This document shows, in pieces, positions 1 to 10,222 of a stretch of DNA of 32,000 nucleotides. The number at the start of each line of letters is the position of its first letter. Within the stretch, counting starts at the first letter, position 1. Under the pieces are notes generated by a model, which did no database searches, was not told where the DNA came from, and worked only from the letters and a program-made list of their open reading frames with translations. Made by a program: the position numbers and the translations under genes. Origin of the DNA: Schaalia meyeri (GTDB lineage: Bacteria > Actinomycetota > Actinomycetes > Actinomycetales > Actinomycetaceae); contig NZ_FNLK01000010.1 in NCBI RefSeq assembly GCF_900105015.1, forward strand, positions 120,001-152,000. Direction: 5' to 3'.

Positions 1-89
1 AGCGGCCAGACGGGAACGCAATCCGGGCGTTAAGAGCCCGCGTCCTTCCAGCCCGAGCCCCCGCAGTTCCAGCGTTTCAGCCCGCGCGC

Positions 90-1160
90 CTACCAGCCGA
101 CGATGCCCGAACCGACCGCCTGCGCCTGGTGGGCCAGGTTCTCGGTGATGACCTTGGCCCGGTAGGGGCCGATCCCCTCGATGGGCTCCAGGTCGGCGAC
201 GGTGGCCGCGCGCAGCTCGGACAGGGAGGCAAAGTGAGCGGAGACCTCCTTGATGGCGCTCCATGACAGGTGGGGCACCAGGGACAGGGCGCGCACGCCC
301 CGGGGGGTGATCTCGCGATCGAGGTCAGCGACCTCGTAGACGTCCAGGCCCAGGATATTCGCGATGGCCGTCAAATCCACGATCCGTTCCGACCCCATCG
401 AGGACAGTTCGGACTCGACGCGGGCAACGTCGCCGGGCTCGCGGATGTAGTCACGCATGACCAGCGCGCGCTCTGACGCGGAGCCTCGCACCAGGTCCTC
501 CACCTGCAGGGCGAGCAGGCGCCCCTCGGACCCCAGCTCCTCCAGGCACTCCGTGATCTCGGAGGTGATGCGCCGAATCATTTCCATGCGCTGCATCACG
601 GTGGCGACGTCGCGCACGGTCGCGCTGTCGCGCATCTCCAGGATCGTCAGGGTCTGCAAAACCTCGTCCAGGCGCTGGCTGTAGCGGTCCAGCGTGTCCA
701 CGGCCAGGTTGGCGCGCGACAGGAGGGCCTCGGGCTCTTCGACCAGGCGGTGTTCGGTGCCCACGTAGATAGAGATCATGCGCATGGACGCCGACAGGGA
801 CAAGACGGGCAGGTGAGTCTGCCGGGCGGTGCGCTGGGCGGTGCGGTGGCGCATGCCCGACTCGTCGGTGGGGATCGTGGGATCCGGGAAAAGTTGAACG
901 TTCGCCTTGCGGATGCGCCACAGGTCGGGGTCGATGATGACGGCCCCGTCCATCTTGCACAGCTCGCGCAGGCGCGCCGCCGTGAACGCGACGTCAAGGT
1001 CGAAGCCGCCCGAGCATATGGACTGCACCTCGGGCGTGTAGCCCAGGACGATGAGGGCACCCGTATGGGAACGCTGGATTCGTTCCAATCCCTCTCGAAG
1101 CGGCGTGCCTGGCGCGACTGCGCGCAGTGCTTCACGAAGGATCGCTGCGTCGGACGTCAA
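90..1160 (-). CDS. disA: DNA integrity scanning protein DisA (diadenylate cyclase)
   Basis: 356-aa ORF. TTG start at 1160 with GGGAGGGA 6 nt upstream. N-terminal DAC-domain motifs (GALIVLG, DGAVIID, GMRHRTA). C-terminal helix-hairpin-helix (IEGIGPYRAKVI). Lies immediately downstream of radA, the conserved radA-disA arrangement. Confidence 0.9.
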   Translation of the reverse strand: MTSDAAILREALRAVAPGTPLREGLERIQRSHTGALIVLGYTPEVQSICSGGFDLDVAFTAARLRELCKMDGAVIIDPDLWRIRKANVQLFPDPTIPTDESGMRHRTAQRTARQTHLPVLSLSASMRMISIYVGTEHRLVEEPEALLSRANLAVDTLDRYSQRLDEVLQTLTILEMRDSATVRDVATVMQRMEMIRRITSEITECLEELGSEGRLLALQVEDLVRGSASERALVMRDYIREPGDVARVESELSSMGSERIVDLTAIANILGLDVYEVADLDREITPRGVRALSLVPHLSWSAIKEVSAHFASLSELRAATVADLEPIEGIGPYRAKVITENLAHQAQAVGSGIVGW

Positions 1161-1196
1161 TGTGGTTCCCTCCCGAGTGAGTAGGTTCGCTCTCTA

Positions 1197-2579
1197 TTAT
1201 TGCGAGTCCGCGGGGAAAGCGACGCGAATCGCCGCCGCCAAATCAGAGACAGTGAACACGGTGATGCCCGAGGCGCCGGTCAGGTCCTGGCTGCCCTGCG
1301 AGGGGACGATAGCGGCCGAAAAGCCCAGGCGGGCGGCCTCGGCGAGCCTGCGCTGCGTGCCCGTGCAGGCGCGGACCTCGCCCGTCAGCGAGATCTCTCC
1401 GACAGCGACCAGGTTGGCGCGAGGGGGCGTACCCCTCACCGAGGACACGATGGAGATGGCCATCGCCAGGTCGATGGCGGGTTCGACGGTGCGAGCCCCG
1501 CCGACCGTGGAAACATACACGTCTGCCCCCGACGCGTCCGCCCCGATGCGGGCCTGCAGGACGGCCAGGATCATGGCGACGCGCGCGTGATCCACGCCCG
1601 ACGTGGTGCGCCGGGGAGAGCCACCCAAGGAGGGAGCCACCAACGACTGGACCTCGGTGGGCAGCGGGCGGCGCCCCTCAAGCGAGACGGTCGCGCACGT
1701 CCCGGGCACGCTCCTGCCGGTGCGCGACAGGAACAGGCCGGACGGGTCCGCGAGGCCGCAGATCCCCGAGTCCGTCAGCTCAAAACAGCCAACCTCGTCG
1801 GTGGGTCCGTAGCGGTTCTTGACCGCCCGCAACAGGCGCAGGCGCGAATGTCGATCCCCCTCGAACTGACAGACGACATCCACCAGGTGTTCCAGGACGC
1901 GCGGGCCCGCGATCCCCCCGTCCTTGGTGACGTGCCCGACCAGCAGGGCGGGCAGGTCGGATTCCTTGGCGACCCGGATCAGTGAGGCCGCGACCGCCCG
2001 CACCTGCGCGACGCCGCCGGCACCCCCGTCGACCTGGGCCGAGCTGATCGTCTGCACTGAGTCGACAATCAGCAGGGAAGGGGCCGCCTCCTGGACGTGC
2101 CCCAGGACGACCCCCAGCTCGGTCTCGTCCGCGATCAACAGGTTCGGCTCCAGCGCCCCGATGCGTTCGGCGCGGGAGCGCACCTGCGCCGCCGACTCCT
2201 CGCCCGTCACGTACAGGACGGGTCCCAGGCCGCACGAGCGCGCCGAGCGCGCAGCGTTTGCCGCGACGGCCAGGAGGAGCGTGGATTTGCCCACACCCGG
2301 CTCGCCGGCGAGCAGGACCACCGCGCCGGGAACGATGCCGCCGCCGAGCACCCGGTCCAGCTCACCCATCCCCGTCGAGCGCCAGGCGGCCCGCTCAGCG
2401 TCCACCTGACCGATGGGCACGGCCGCCTGGCGCGGGGGCGTCGCCGACGCGTGCGCCCACGCCGCCTGGCCGCTCTGATCGATGGTTCCCCACGCCCCGC
2501 ACTCGCGGCACTGGCCCACCCACTTGGGCGAGACCCACCCGCAATCGCAGCAGCGGTACGTGATCTTTTCTTTCGCCAT
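1197..2579 (-). CDS. radA: DNA repair protein RadA/Sms
   Basis: 460 aa with ATG start. N-terminal C4 zinc ribbon (CCDCGW...CRECGAWGT). Walker A GEPGVGKST. KNRYG motif (RadA KNRFG type). C-terminal Lon-protease-like domain (LTGEVR...RRL.EA.RLGF). Confidence 0.95.
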   Translation of the reverse strand: MAKEKITYRCCDCGWVSPKWVGQCRECGAWGTIDQSGQAAWAHASATPPRQAAVPIGQVDAERAAWRSTGMGELDRVLGGGIVPGAVVLLAGEPGVGKSTLLLAVAANAARSARSCGLGPVLYVTGEESAAQVRSRAERIGALEPNLLIADETELGVVLGHVQEAAPSLLIVDSVQTISSAQVDGGAGGVAQVRAVAASLIRVAKESDLPALLVGHVTKDGGIAGPRVLEHLVDVVCQFEGDRHSRLRLLRAVKNRYGPTDEVGCFELTDSGICGLADPSGLFLSRTGRSVPGTCATVSLEGRRPLPTEVQSLVAPSLGGSPRRTTSGVDHARVAMILAVLQARIGADASGADVYVSTVGGARTVEPAIDLAMAISIVSSVRGTPPRANLVAVGEISLTGEVRACTGTQRRLAEAARLGFSAAIVPSQGSQDLTGASGITVFTVSDLAAAIRVAFPADSQ

Positions 2580-2878
2580 GCACCCACCGTAACTCGGGTC
2601 GCCCGCATCTGAGGGCGCGCGAGGGTGCGCAAGGGCGTTCGCATCCGCCCGGCGGGGCGTCCAAATGCACGATTGTGGTCAGGTTCTCGCATGGGGAAAG
2701 ACCGTGGGCAAACGATGGAAAACCGGCGCAAAACCGTCGGATTATGCGACACCTGTTGTTCTCGCGGGGGTTTATCCATAGGGTTGGTCGGTGTGTATCC
2801 TTGGGTGGGGTGGATAATTCGCCCACGGATGCCAACAACGCCCGCAGACAGTGCGCACATCGAGACTGAGGAAGCGAC

Positions 2879-5800
2879 ATGAATAAGGCACGTCAATCGG
2901 CAAACGCCTGGCGCAAGCGGATCCCCGCTATCGCCGTCCTGCTGGTGTCAGCGATGCTGTGCGTGCTGGCGGTCATCTACCGGGGCGTCGAGGTCACCCA
3001 GGTGAGCGTTGACGACGGCGGCATCTGGGTGACCAACCAGGACCGCAAGCTTGTGGGGCACCTCAACTATGACGCCCTGATGCTGGACGGCACGGTCGCC
3101 GTCAAGTCCGCCTCCTTCGATATCGGCCAGGCAGGTGGGGACGTGACGCTGGGTGAGACGGTCACCCGCACGGTGTCTCCCGTGCGCCCGACCTCCTTTT
3201 CCGTCGGCCAGGCGGTAACGCTGCCCGAGGGCGCGATCCAGGTCCAGGGCGGGTCGGTGCTGGCGGTGCTGGACCCCAGCGAGGGCCTGCTGTGGGCCGG
3301 AAAAGCGCAAGAGCCCGCGTCCATGTCCTTTGCGCGCGAGGATGCGGTGGCCAAGGACCTCAGCGGCGGTGTCGTCACCGTGTCCCGCTCGGGCAAGGTC
3401 TTTGCCTTTTCCCCCGATTCGGCCACGCTGGTGACGCTGGAGCAGGCGGGGCAGACGTGGCGCTCAAAGACCACAGAAATCAAGGGATTCAAGGGTGCGG
3501 GACAGCTGTCGATCACCGCGGTGGGGGACAAGCCCATCATCTATGACCAGGGCGGCAACAGCCTCGTAATGCCGGACGGTAAGGTGCGCGACCTCAGCGA
3601 AGACCACATCACCGGCGCCGTCCTGCAGGCGCCCGGAGACGACGCCGCGGCCGTCCTGATGGCCACCGACTCCGAGCTCTTGTCCGTTCCCCTGAACGGG
3701 AAGGGGGCACAGCGCCAGGCGGCATCGGATCAGGGAAAAAAGGGCACCCCGGCCGCTCCCGTGTTTCACCGCGGCTGCTCCTACGGCGCGTGGGCAGGTT
3801 CGGGCGCCTTCCTGCGCACGTGCACGGATCAGTCGCGCAACCAGGCGCAGACGGTATCGACCCTGGCCGAGGCCACCTCCGCGGTGTTCCGCACGAATCG
3901 CACGCGCATCATCCTCAACGACGTGTCGACGGGGACGCTGTGGCTTCCCGACAAGAACATGGTCGTGGTGAACAACTGGGACCAGATCCCCACCGAGGAG
4001 CAGGAGGAAGAGGACACGCCCACCCCGGATCAGCGCGAGCAGGTTTCAGAGCCGGAGCACAAGGATAAGAACACGCCCCCCGAGGCCGTGGACGACGATT
4101 TCGGGATCCGCCCGGGTCGCTCGACGATGCTGCCGGTGCTGGATAACGATTCGGACGATGACGGGGACGTGCTGACGGCACGCGCGGTGTCCGAACCCGA
4201 GTTCGGCGCGGTCGTGCGCACCAGGGGAGGACGCGCCCTGCAGATCACGGACGTGCCGCAGAACATGACGTCGGGGTCAACCTCCTTTACCTACGAGGCA
4301 TCGGATGGCATGGCGGGCGCCACTGCGACGGTGCGGGCGACGGTCCACCCGTGGACCCAGAATGAGGGGCCGCGCCAGATTAAGCACCCGGTGGTGAAGG
4401 TGGGCGCGAACGCGCAGGTGGAGTACAACCTGTTGTCGGACTGGATCGATCCGGACGGCGATCAATTCTATGTGAAGAGCGTGGCGGCGCCCGACGGCAT
4501 GGCGGCGCAGTTCTCGGAGGACGGCACGGTTCAGGTCCGCGACCTGGGTTCGGGTGCGGGCGTGAAGGCGCTGAACGTAACGCTGTCGGACGGGCGCGCG
4601 GAAACCGTGGGTGAGCTGCAGGTGAGCGTGCAGGAGTCGGGGAACGTGCCCCCGTTGGCGCGCGCCGACTTTTACGTGGCCCGAGTGGGCGAGCCGCTGA
4701 CGATCGACCCGATCGCGAACGACACGGATCCCAACGGCGATGCCCTGTCGCTGGTGGCCGCGGGGACGCCGCCGGACGGAACCTCCGTGTCGGCTGACCT
4801 GTCGCGCGGGACGCTGAACTTTACCGGTTCGGTGCCGGGTTCGTTCCAGTTCACGTACACGGTGTCGGACGGCCCCTCCACGTCGGTGGGCGTGATCCGC
4901 GTGGACGTGGTGGCCGACGACACGAAAGCGCTGCCGATCGCGGAGGATGACCTGTCGGTGCTGCCCAGCGGCGGCGCGTCCCTGATCGCCCCGCTGGCCA
5001 ACGACACGGATCCGTCGGGCGGCGTGCTGGTCGTGCAGTCGATTGACGTGCCGGCAAAGTCGGGCCTTGAGGTGACGCTCATCGAGCGCCACCTGCTGAG
5101 GATTACGGCCCCCGGTGGGCTCGCCGACGTGGCGTCGTTTACGTACACGGTGTCCAACGGCGCCGGTTCTGCGACCGCGCAGGTGAGCGTCATCCCCACG
5201 GAGGCCCAGAGCGAGGAGCAGCCGCCGGAGGCGACGCCCGATTCCGCGAAGGTGCGCGCCGACGACATCGGATCGGTGAACGTCTTGTCGAACGACCGCT
5301 CGCCGATCGGCCTGTCGCTGAGCCTGGATCCGGACGTGACGGTTCTGTCCGGTGCGGAGCTGGGCACGGTGTTCGTCACGGGCAACCAGGTGCGTGTGGC
5401 CGCGGGTTCCGAGGCGGGCGTGGTGCGTGTGGCGTACACGGTCGTTGATTCGGTGGGGAACCGTGCGACCTCGACCGTCACCTTCGAGATCGTGCCCGCC
5501 TCTGCGGCGAACAGCGCCCCGGTGCCCAAGGCGTTGAGCGCGTGGGCCGTTCAGGGTCAGATGAGCCGTATTCCGGTGCCTCTCACGGGCATCGACCCCG
5601 ACGGTGATTCGGTCACCCTGGTGGGTATCGATCAGCCGCCCTCGAAGGGCAGCGTCGTGCTGGGGACGGAGTGGCTGGAGTACACGCCCAGCGATGACGC
5701 GACGGGCACGGACACGTTCTCCTACATCGTCGAGGACCGTCTGGGGGTGCAGGGACGTGCGCGCGTCCGCGTGGGTATCGCTCCCCCCGGGAACCAGAAC

Positions 5801-8800
5801 CATAACCCGACGGCCGTGCCGGATGCGGTGACGGTTCGCCCCGGCCGCGAGGTTCGGATTAACGTGCTCAGCAACGACCTGGACGCGGACGGCGACGCGC
5901 TGTCGGTGGACACGGATCCCGCCACCGTGTCGGTGTCGGACACGGCGGCTTCGGTGTCGGTGGCCGAGGACGCGGTGACGGTGCAGGCCCCGGACACCAA
6001 CGGCGTTTTCGTCGTCGCTTTCCAGATCCAGGATGGGCGCGGTGGCCGCGCCCAGGGGCAGCTGACCGTGACGGTGGACGAGGAGGCGCCTCTGCGCGCC
6101 CCGGTCGCCCGCGATGATGTGGTGTCGGTGGCGGACCTGCCCTCGGACTCGAAGCCCGTCAGCGTCGCGGTGCTGGCGAACGACGAGGACCCGGATGGCA
6201 CCACCGGGGCGCTCACGGTGTCGGCCGACGGGTCGAGCGTGAGCGTGTCCGGCCAGAACCTGTCGATCACCCCGGAGGCGCGCCGCCGCCTCGTGGTGTA
6301 CACGGCCACGGACCAGGACGGCCTCAGCGCCAGCGCCGTCGTGACCGTTCCGGGCACAGATCTGTTGGCGCCGCGCCTGAATAACTCGCGCGTCCCGGTG
6401 GCGATGCGCGCGGGGTCCACGATGACCCTGGATCTGAGCGATTACGTGCTGGTACGCGACCGGTCGCGAACCCCGATCATCGCGGATTCCGCGTCGGTTA
6501 AGTCCAACGGCGGCCTGGATTCGGTGTCGTTGCAGGATTCGTCGCACCTGGTGCTGAGTGCCCCCGAGGACGCGTCGGGCCGCGCGTCGGTATCCTTCAC
6601 GGTGCGCGACGGAACGGCGGATGACGTCTCCGCGCTGTCGGCGACCCTCACCATTCCGGTGACGATCCAGCCCGCCCGAAACCTGCCGCCGCGCCTGACG
6701 CCGACGCCCATCCTGGTCGGCCAGGGCGAGACGGTGACGGTCGATCTGACGCAGATGGTTGACGACCCCGACGATCAGGCGAAGAATACCTTCGAGTACC
6801 GTCTGACGAAGGTGCCCGGCGGCGTGGACGTGTCGCTGGATGGTTACAGCATGAGCGTGTCGGGTAAGAAGGATCAGCCCAAGGGGCCCGTCGGCGCGAT
6901 CACGGTCAGCGTGGACGACGGTTCGGGCGCGGTCAGTGCCGACATTCCGGTGACGATCGTAAAGTCTTCGAAGCCGCTCGTGACCACCACGGATGCGCGC
7001 ATCAAGGCCAGCGCCGGTCAGACGGTGGACGTGAACCTGTCGGAGTACACGACGAATCCGTTCCAGCAGCCGCTCACGGTCCTGGATGCCTCCGTGCACG
7101 TGGGCCAGGGAACCGCGTCGGGTAACGGCAACGTGGTGTCGGTGACGCCGAAGGCCGGTTTCCACGGCGACATGATCGTCGTGTACCGCGTCATGGACGC
7201 CACGAATGATCCTGATCGCATCGTGCAGGGCCGCGTCATCGTCAGGGTGCTGGATCGGCCGGATCCGCCGGTGAACGTGACGGCTACGGCGACGGGACCG
7301 GGCAGCGCGTTCGTGTCCTTCCAGGAGGGTGCGGCCAATGGCGGCACCATCTCCGGTTACACGGTGACGGATGTGACTACCGGCGAGAAGTATGGGACGC
7401 GTAACCCCGGCGTGCAGGTCACTGGCCTGAAGAACGGCGAGTACCACACGTTCACCGTCGTGGCGCACAACGAGGCTGGTACCTCCGACCCGTCGGCACC
7501 CTCCTCGAGGGTGCTGGTCGACGTGGCGCCCGAACAGATGGCTGCCCCCACGGTCCAGGGCGTTGACTCTGCCCTGGAGGTTTCCTGGGTTCAGCCTGCG
7601 AACAGGGGGTCGGCGATCAGCTCTTACACGATCTTCGTCGCAGGTTCTTCGGGAGGACAGCCGCAGTCGTATACGGCGGGAGGCGGGGAAACCTTCAAGA
7701 GGATCAATGGCCTGAAGAACGGCGAGGTCTACTCGGTGACGATTCAGGCGCACAATGGTGCGGAGTCGCCCTCGCCCATCTCCTCACGGGGGACAGGCTA
7801 TCCGCACGGCGCCCCGGATACGCCGGGATCGGTGTCGGCCTATCCGCTGCATGCGGAATCGGATCCGTCGTACGCGACGGTCCGGGTGACGTGGACGCTG
7901 GGCAAATCGGGCGGCCGAGGCTGGGGCACGACCACGGTGACGGTGGGCAATGCTCGCGCCGATGCGGCGCCCGGTGCCACGAGTGTGGACGTTCCCGGCG
8001 TGAAGACGGGCGCGAACATCCCGGTGACGGTCACGCTGAGTAACTCTGATGGGGACTCCTCTGGACCCGCGTACGCCTCGACGAACGTTGCGACGACCCC
8101 CGCGCCGATCGCCGCCCCGACCCTGTCGGGCACGGGCAGTGCCGGGGAGCTGCGCGTGGACGGCCTGGCCGTCGCGCCGGGCAACGGCTTCGACGCGGGC
8201 AGCCTGACGCTGCGCTACGCGTGGAACGAGGGCGGCTGCGCGGGCGGTCGGCCCATCTCGAACGGGAGCATCATCCAGGTTGACGGCTGGCAGAGGTACA
8301 CGCTGTTCTTCTGCCAGACCGGCACCGGATTGGGCAACAAGACGGTCGCGTCGCCGGTCGTGTCGGCCAGCGGCACCCCCACGGGCCCGCCCTCGCAGGT
8401 GGGAGTGTCTATCACGAACGTTGGGACGAACAGCGCGACCGTCCGCTGGGATCCGGTGGGCGCGAACCCCGCCCCCAGCGAAATCCGCGTGACCCTGGGC
8501 CAGCACACCCAGGTCGTGGGGAAGGACGCGACGGAGGTAACGTTCACCGGCCTGGATCAGGGCACGCGCTATCAGGCCACGGTCGTGGCTGTCAACTCCG
8601 CGGGCCAAACGACGATGAACAGCCGCCCGACGACCACGACGAAGCTGGATGTGACGGCGACGTGGGTGGGCACCTGCCAGGGCGATGAGGGGCACCGCCA
8701 GAACGGCCCGTGCCACACGTTCTCGCTGAACGCGCCGGGCTGGGGTGGTGCGTCCGTGCCGCACATCTGCACGATCCGCTCCGACATCGATAACGCCACC

Positions 8801-8920
8801 GAGCAGGTCCGTGTCGATTCCCAGGGGCCGATCCCATCGCGAATGGCGACGAAGGCGGACAGCGAGGACGCCTTTAAACGCGACACCCACATCGTCGGCG
8901 AGTGCAAGCCCGAGAGGTGA
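2879..8920 (+). CDS. Giant membrane-anchored surface protein (N-terminal TM, beta-rich domain, about 11 cadherin/Ig-like modules, several fibronectin type III domains, Cys-containing C-terminal domain)
   Basis: 2013-aa uninterrupted ORF. GAGGAAG RBS 5 nt before ATG 2879. TM helix IPAIAVLLVSAMLCVLAVIY. Recurrent module signature (A.DD...V.VL.ND.DPDGD.L.V, e.g. VLDNDSDDDGDVL, IANDTDPNGDAL, LANDTDPSGGVL, VLSNDLDADGDAL, LANDEDPDGT). FN3 signatures from about aa 1461 (PDPPVNVTATATGPGSAFVSF...GLKNGEYHTFTVVAHNEAG; ...GLKNGEVYSVTIQAHNGAE; ...GLDQGTRYQATVVAVNSAG). Confidence 0.9.
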   Translation: MNKARQSANAWRKRIPAIAVLLVSAMLCVLAVIYRGVEVTQVSVDDGGIWVTNQDRKLVGHLNYDALMLDGTVAVKSASFDIGQAGGDVTLGETVTRTVSPVRPTSFSVGQAVTLPEGAIQVQGGSVLAVLDPSEGLLWAGKAQEPASMSFAREDAVAKDLSGGVVTVSRSGKVFAFSPDSATLVTLEQAGQTWRSKTTEIKGFKGAGQLSITAVGDKPIIYDQGGNSLVMPDGKVRDLSEDHITGAVLQAPGDDAAAVLMATDSELLSVPLNGKGAQRQAASDQGKKGTPAAPVFHRGCSYGAWAGSGAFLRTCTDQSRNQAQTVSTLAEATSAVFRTNRTRIILNDVSTGTLWLPDKNMVVVNNWDQIPTEEQEEEDTPTPDQREQVSEPEHKDKNTPPEAVDDDFGIRPGRSTMLPVLDNDSDDDGDVLTARAVSEPEFGAVVRTRGGRALQITDVPQNMTSGSTSFTYEASDGMAGATATVRATVHPWTQNEGPRQIKHPVVKVGANAQVEYNLLSDWIDPDGDQFYVKSVAAPDGMAAQFSEDGTVQVRDLGSGAGVKALNVTLSDGRAETVGELQVSVQESGNVPPLARADFYVARVGEPLTIDPIANDTDPNGDALSLVAAGTPPDGTSVSADLSRGTLNFTGSVPGSFQFTYTVSDGPSTSVGVIRVDVVADDTKALPIAEDDLSVLPSGGASLIAPLANDTDPSGGVLVVQSIDVPAKSGLEVTLIERHLLRITAPGGLADVASFTYTVSNGAGSATAQVSVIPTEAQSEEQPPEATPDSAKVRADDIGSVNVLSNDRSPIGLSLSLDPDVTVLSGAELGTVFVTGNQVRVAAGSEAGVVRVAYTVVDSVGNRATSTVTFEIVPASAANSAPVPKALSAWAVQGQMSRIPVPLTGIDPDGDSVTLVGIDQPPSKGSVVLGTEWLEYTPSDDATGTDTFSYIVEDRLGVQGRARVRVGIAPPGNQNHNPTAVPDAVTVRPGREVRINVLSNDLDADGDALSVDTDPATVSVSDTAASVSVAEDAVTVQAPDTNGVFVVAFQIQDGRGGRAQGQLTVTVDEEAPLRAPVARDDVVSVADLPSDSKPVSVAVLANDEDPDGTTGALTVSADGSSVSVSGQNLSITPEARRRLVVYTATDQDGLSASAVVTVPGTDLLAPRLNNSRVPVAMRAGSTMTLDLSDYVLVRDRSRTPIIADSASVKSNGGLDSVSLQDSSHLVLSAPEDASGRASVSFTVRDGTADDVSALSATLTIPVTIQPARNLPPRLTPTPILVGQGETVTVDLTQMVDDPDDQAKNTFEYRLTKVPGGVDVSLDGYSMSVSGKKDQPKGPVGAITVSVDDGSGAVSADIPVTIVKSSKPLVTTTDARIKASAGQTVDVNLSEYTTNPFQQPLTVLDASVHVGQGTASGNGNVVSVTPKAGFHGDMIVVYRVMDATNDPDRIVQGRVIVRVLDRPDPPVNVTATATGPGSAFVSFQEGAANGGTISGYTVTDVTTGEKYGTRNPGVQVTGLKNGEYHTFTVVAHNEAGTSDPSAPSSRVLVDVAPEQMAAPTVQGVDSALEVSWVQPANRGSAISSYTIFVAGSSGGQPQSYTAGGGETFKRINGLKNGEVYSVTIQAHNGAESPSPISSRGTGYPHGAPDTPGSVSAYPLHAESDPSYATVRVTWTLGKSGGRGWGTTTVTVGNARADAAPGATSVDVPGVKTGANIPVTVTLSNSDGDSSGPAYASTNVATTPAPIAAPTLSGTGSAGELRVDGLAVAPGNGFDAGSLTLRYAWNEGGCAGGRPISNGSIIQVDGWQRYTLFFCQTGTGLGNKTVASPVVSASGTPTGPPSQVGVSITNVGTNSATVRWDPVGANPAPSEIRVTLGQHTQVVGKDATEVTFTGLDQGTRYQATVVAVNSAGQTTMNSRPTTTTKLDVTATWVGTCQGDEGHRQNGPCHTFSLNAPGWGGASVPHICTIRSDIDNATEQVRVDSQGPIPSRMATKADSEDAFKRDTHIVGECKPER
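4076..7258 (+). repeat. About 11 tandem 95-100-aa cadherin-like/Ig-like coding modules inside the giant gene
   Basis: The N-D-x-D-x-D/G-G-D acidic loop motif recurs about every 93-100 residues between aa ~400 and ~1460 (hand-indexed). Modules are diverged at DNA level, not recent duplicates. Confidence 0.7.
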
Positions 8921-8924
8921 GCGC

Positions 8925-10160
8925 GTGAGGAAACTACGTCGGATCCTCCTGGGCGCCTGGCGTGACGCGACTGCCCGGCTGCGGGCGATGCCCGCGTACG
9001 CGGCCCTGGCGCGCTGGCTGGGCGTGTTGACGCCTGCCGGCTGGGCGGTGAGCGTCGCGCTCATCGCCGGAGCGGTCGCCTCGGCGGCCTTCGGCTGGAT
9101 CGAGGGCTTCATCGTGGCCGTGATGGGCCTGGTAGTGCTGGCGGTGGCGATCGCCTCCGTCGCGTCGCCGTCCCCGCTGTCGGTGTCGCTGCGCATGGCC
9201 AGCGACAGGATCGTCGCCGGCGAGGTGGCCGTCGGGCGCGTGCGCGTGGTGAACGAGTCCGGGCGGCGTTCGGGTTCGACGCTGGTGGAGGTCGCGATCG
9301 GGCGCGGCAGCGGCGAGTTCACGGTTCCCCCGATTAGCGGGAACGGGACCTGGAACGAGGCCTTTTCGGTGATGACGAAGCGCCGCGGCGTCATCACGGT
9401 GGGTCCCGCGCGCACCGTGCGAATGGACGGATTGGGGCTTTTGCGCCGAGTGCGCGAGTGGGACGAACCGATCCTGGTGCACGTGCATCCGCCGACGGTT
9501 CGTTTTTCGTTCAACGCGACGGGCATGCAGATGGACGTTGAGGGTGTGGCCAGCGAGAAGCTGACCAGCTCCGACGTGTCTTTCCACGCCCTGAGGGACT
9601 ACGAGCCGGGGGATGACCGGCGCGCGGTCCACTGGGCGTCGACCGCGCGCTTTGGGCGCCTGATTGTCCGCCAGTTCGAAGAGATACACCGGTCGCACCA
9701 CATGGTGTTGCTGGACACCAGGGTCGTTTCGTGGGATCGGCGCGCGTTCGAGACGGCGGTGTCGGTGGCGGCCTCGCTGGCGATCGCGGGTTCGGGAGAG
9801 GCACGCACCGTGTCGATGCACACCGCCGACGAGTGGATTCCGACGGGCACGCCCATGGCGATGCTGGACGCGCTGTCCGAGATGGAAACGTCGATCCGTT
9901 CCGATTTCGCGGGCGTCGTGCGCCGGTGCGTCATGGAGCGCGGCGCCATTTCGGTGCTGTCGATCGTGGTTGGGCAAAGCGTCGATGACGCCGAGGCGGC
10001 GCGATTGGCCAATATCGCGCCGGTCGACGTCGCGGTGTCTATTATTCGTGTCGTCCCGGGGCAAGCCAGGCGCCGCCGCAAGACCAGCCGGGGCGTGATC
10101 ATCGATTGCCCGTCGCTGGAGGATTTGCCGATGCTGATTACCCGGGGGGTGGCGCTGTGA
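8925..10160 (+). CDS. DUF58 domain-containing membrane protein
   Basis: GTG at 8925 lies 4 nt after the giant gene stop, with GAGAGG upstream. The track ORF from 8745 overlaps the upstream gene. Two N-terminal TM helices. Classic DUF58 signature LRDYEPGDDRRAVHWASTARFGRLIVRQFEE. Confidence 0.85.
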   Translation: MRKLRRILLGAWRDATARLRAMPAYAALARWLGVLTPAGWAVSVALIAGAVASAAFGWIEGFIVAVMGLVVLAVAIASVASPSPLSVSLRMASDRIVAGEVAVGRVRVVNESGRRSGSTLVEVAIGRGSGEFTVPPISGNGTWNEAFSVMTKRRGVITVGPARTVRMDGLGLLRRVREWDEPILVHVHPPTVRFSFNATGMQMDVEGVASEKLTSSDVSFHALRDYEPGDDRRAVHWASTARFGRLIVRQFEEIHRSHHMVLLDTRVVSWDRRAFETAVSVAASLAIAGSGEARTVSMHTADEWIPTGTPMAMLDALSEMETSIRSDFAGVVRRCVMERGAISVLSIVVGQSVDDAEAARLANIAPVDVAVSIIRVVPGQARRRRKTSRGVIIDCPSLEDLPMLITRGVAL

Positions 10161-10222
10161 ATGCTGCGCGTCGTGCTCCCGCACCCGGTGTTCCCCGCCG
10201 CTCGTCTGCGCAGGAGACCACC

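Noticed and set aside
2580-2878. radA / giant-gene divergent intergenic region as a riboswitch or as another site for the TGGATAGG-binding factor. It contains TTATCCATAGGG at about 2772-2783 and GTGGATAAT at about 2809-2817.
   Set aside because: These are only partial (6/8) matches to the core, with no phasing or palindrome, and no recognisable riboswitch consensus. The region is treated as an ordinary divergent promoter region.
4277-7753. Very long antisense or alternate-frame ORFs. These are 4277-7753 (1158 aa), 9599-12076 (825 aa), 20512-23232 (906 aa), 7784-9526 (580 aa), 18437-19930 (497 aa), 16905-18005, 24223-25236, 24633-25724 and 26148-27224.
   Set aside because: All overlap genes with strong family signatures on the other strand or in another frame. 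Their translations are Arg/Gly/His/Pro-rich low-complexity strings, typical of stop-poor non-coding frames in high-GC DNA. None shows recognisable motifs.
8745-8924. N-terminal extensions of track ORFs. 8745 is the tracked start for the DUF58 gene, 12565 for the kinase, 24966 for RDD-FHA, 23755 for eccD1, 28799 for the WXG100 gene and 19576 for the lipoprotein.
   Set aside because: The extensions overlap the preceding gene or lack an RBS. Internal starts have good Shine-Dalgarno spacing or stop-start coupling, and they give sensible N-termini (signal peptide, lipobox, WXG100 length).
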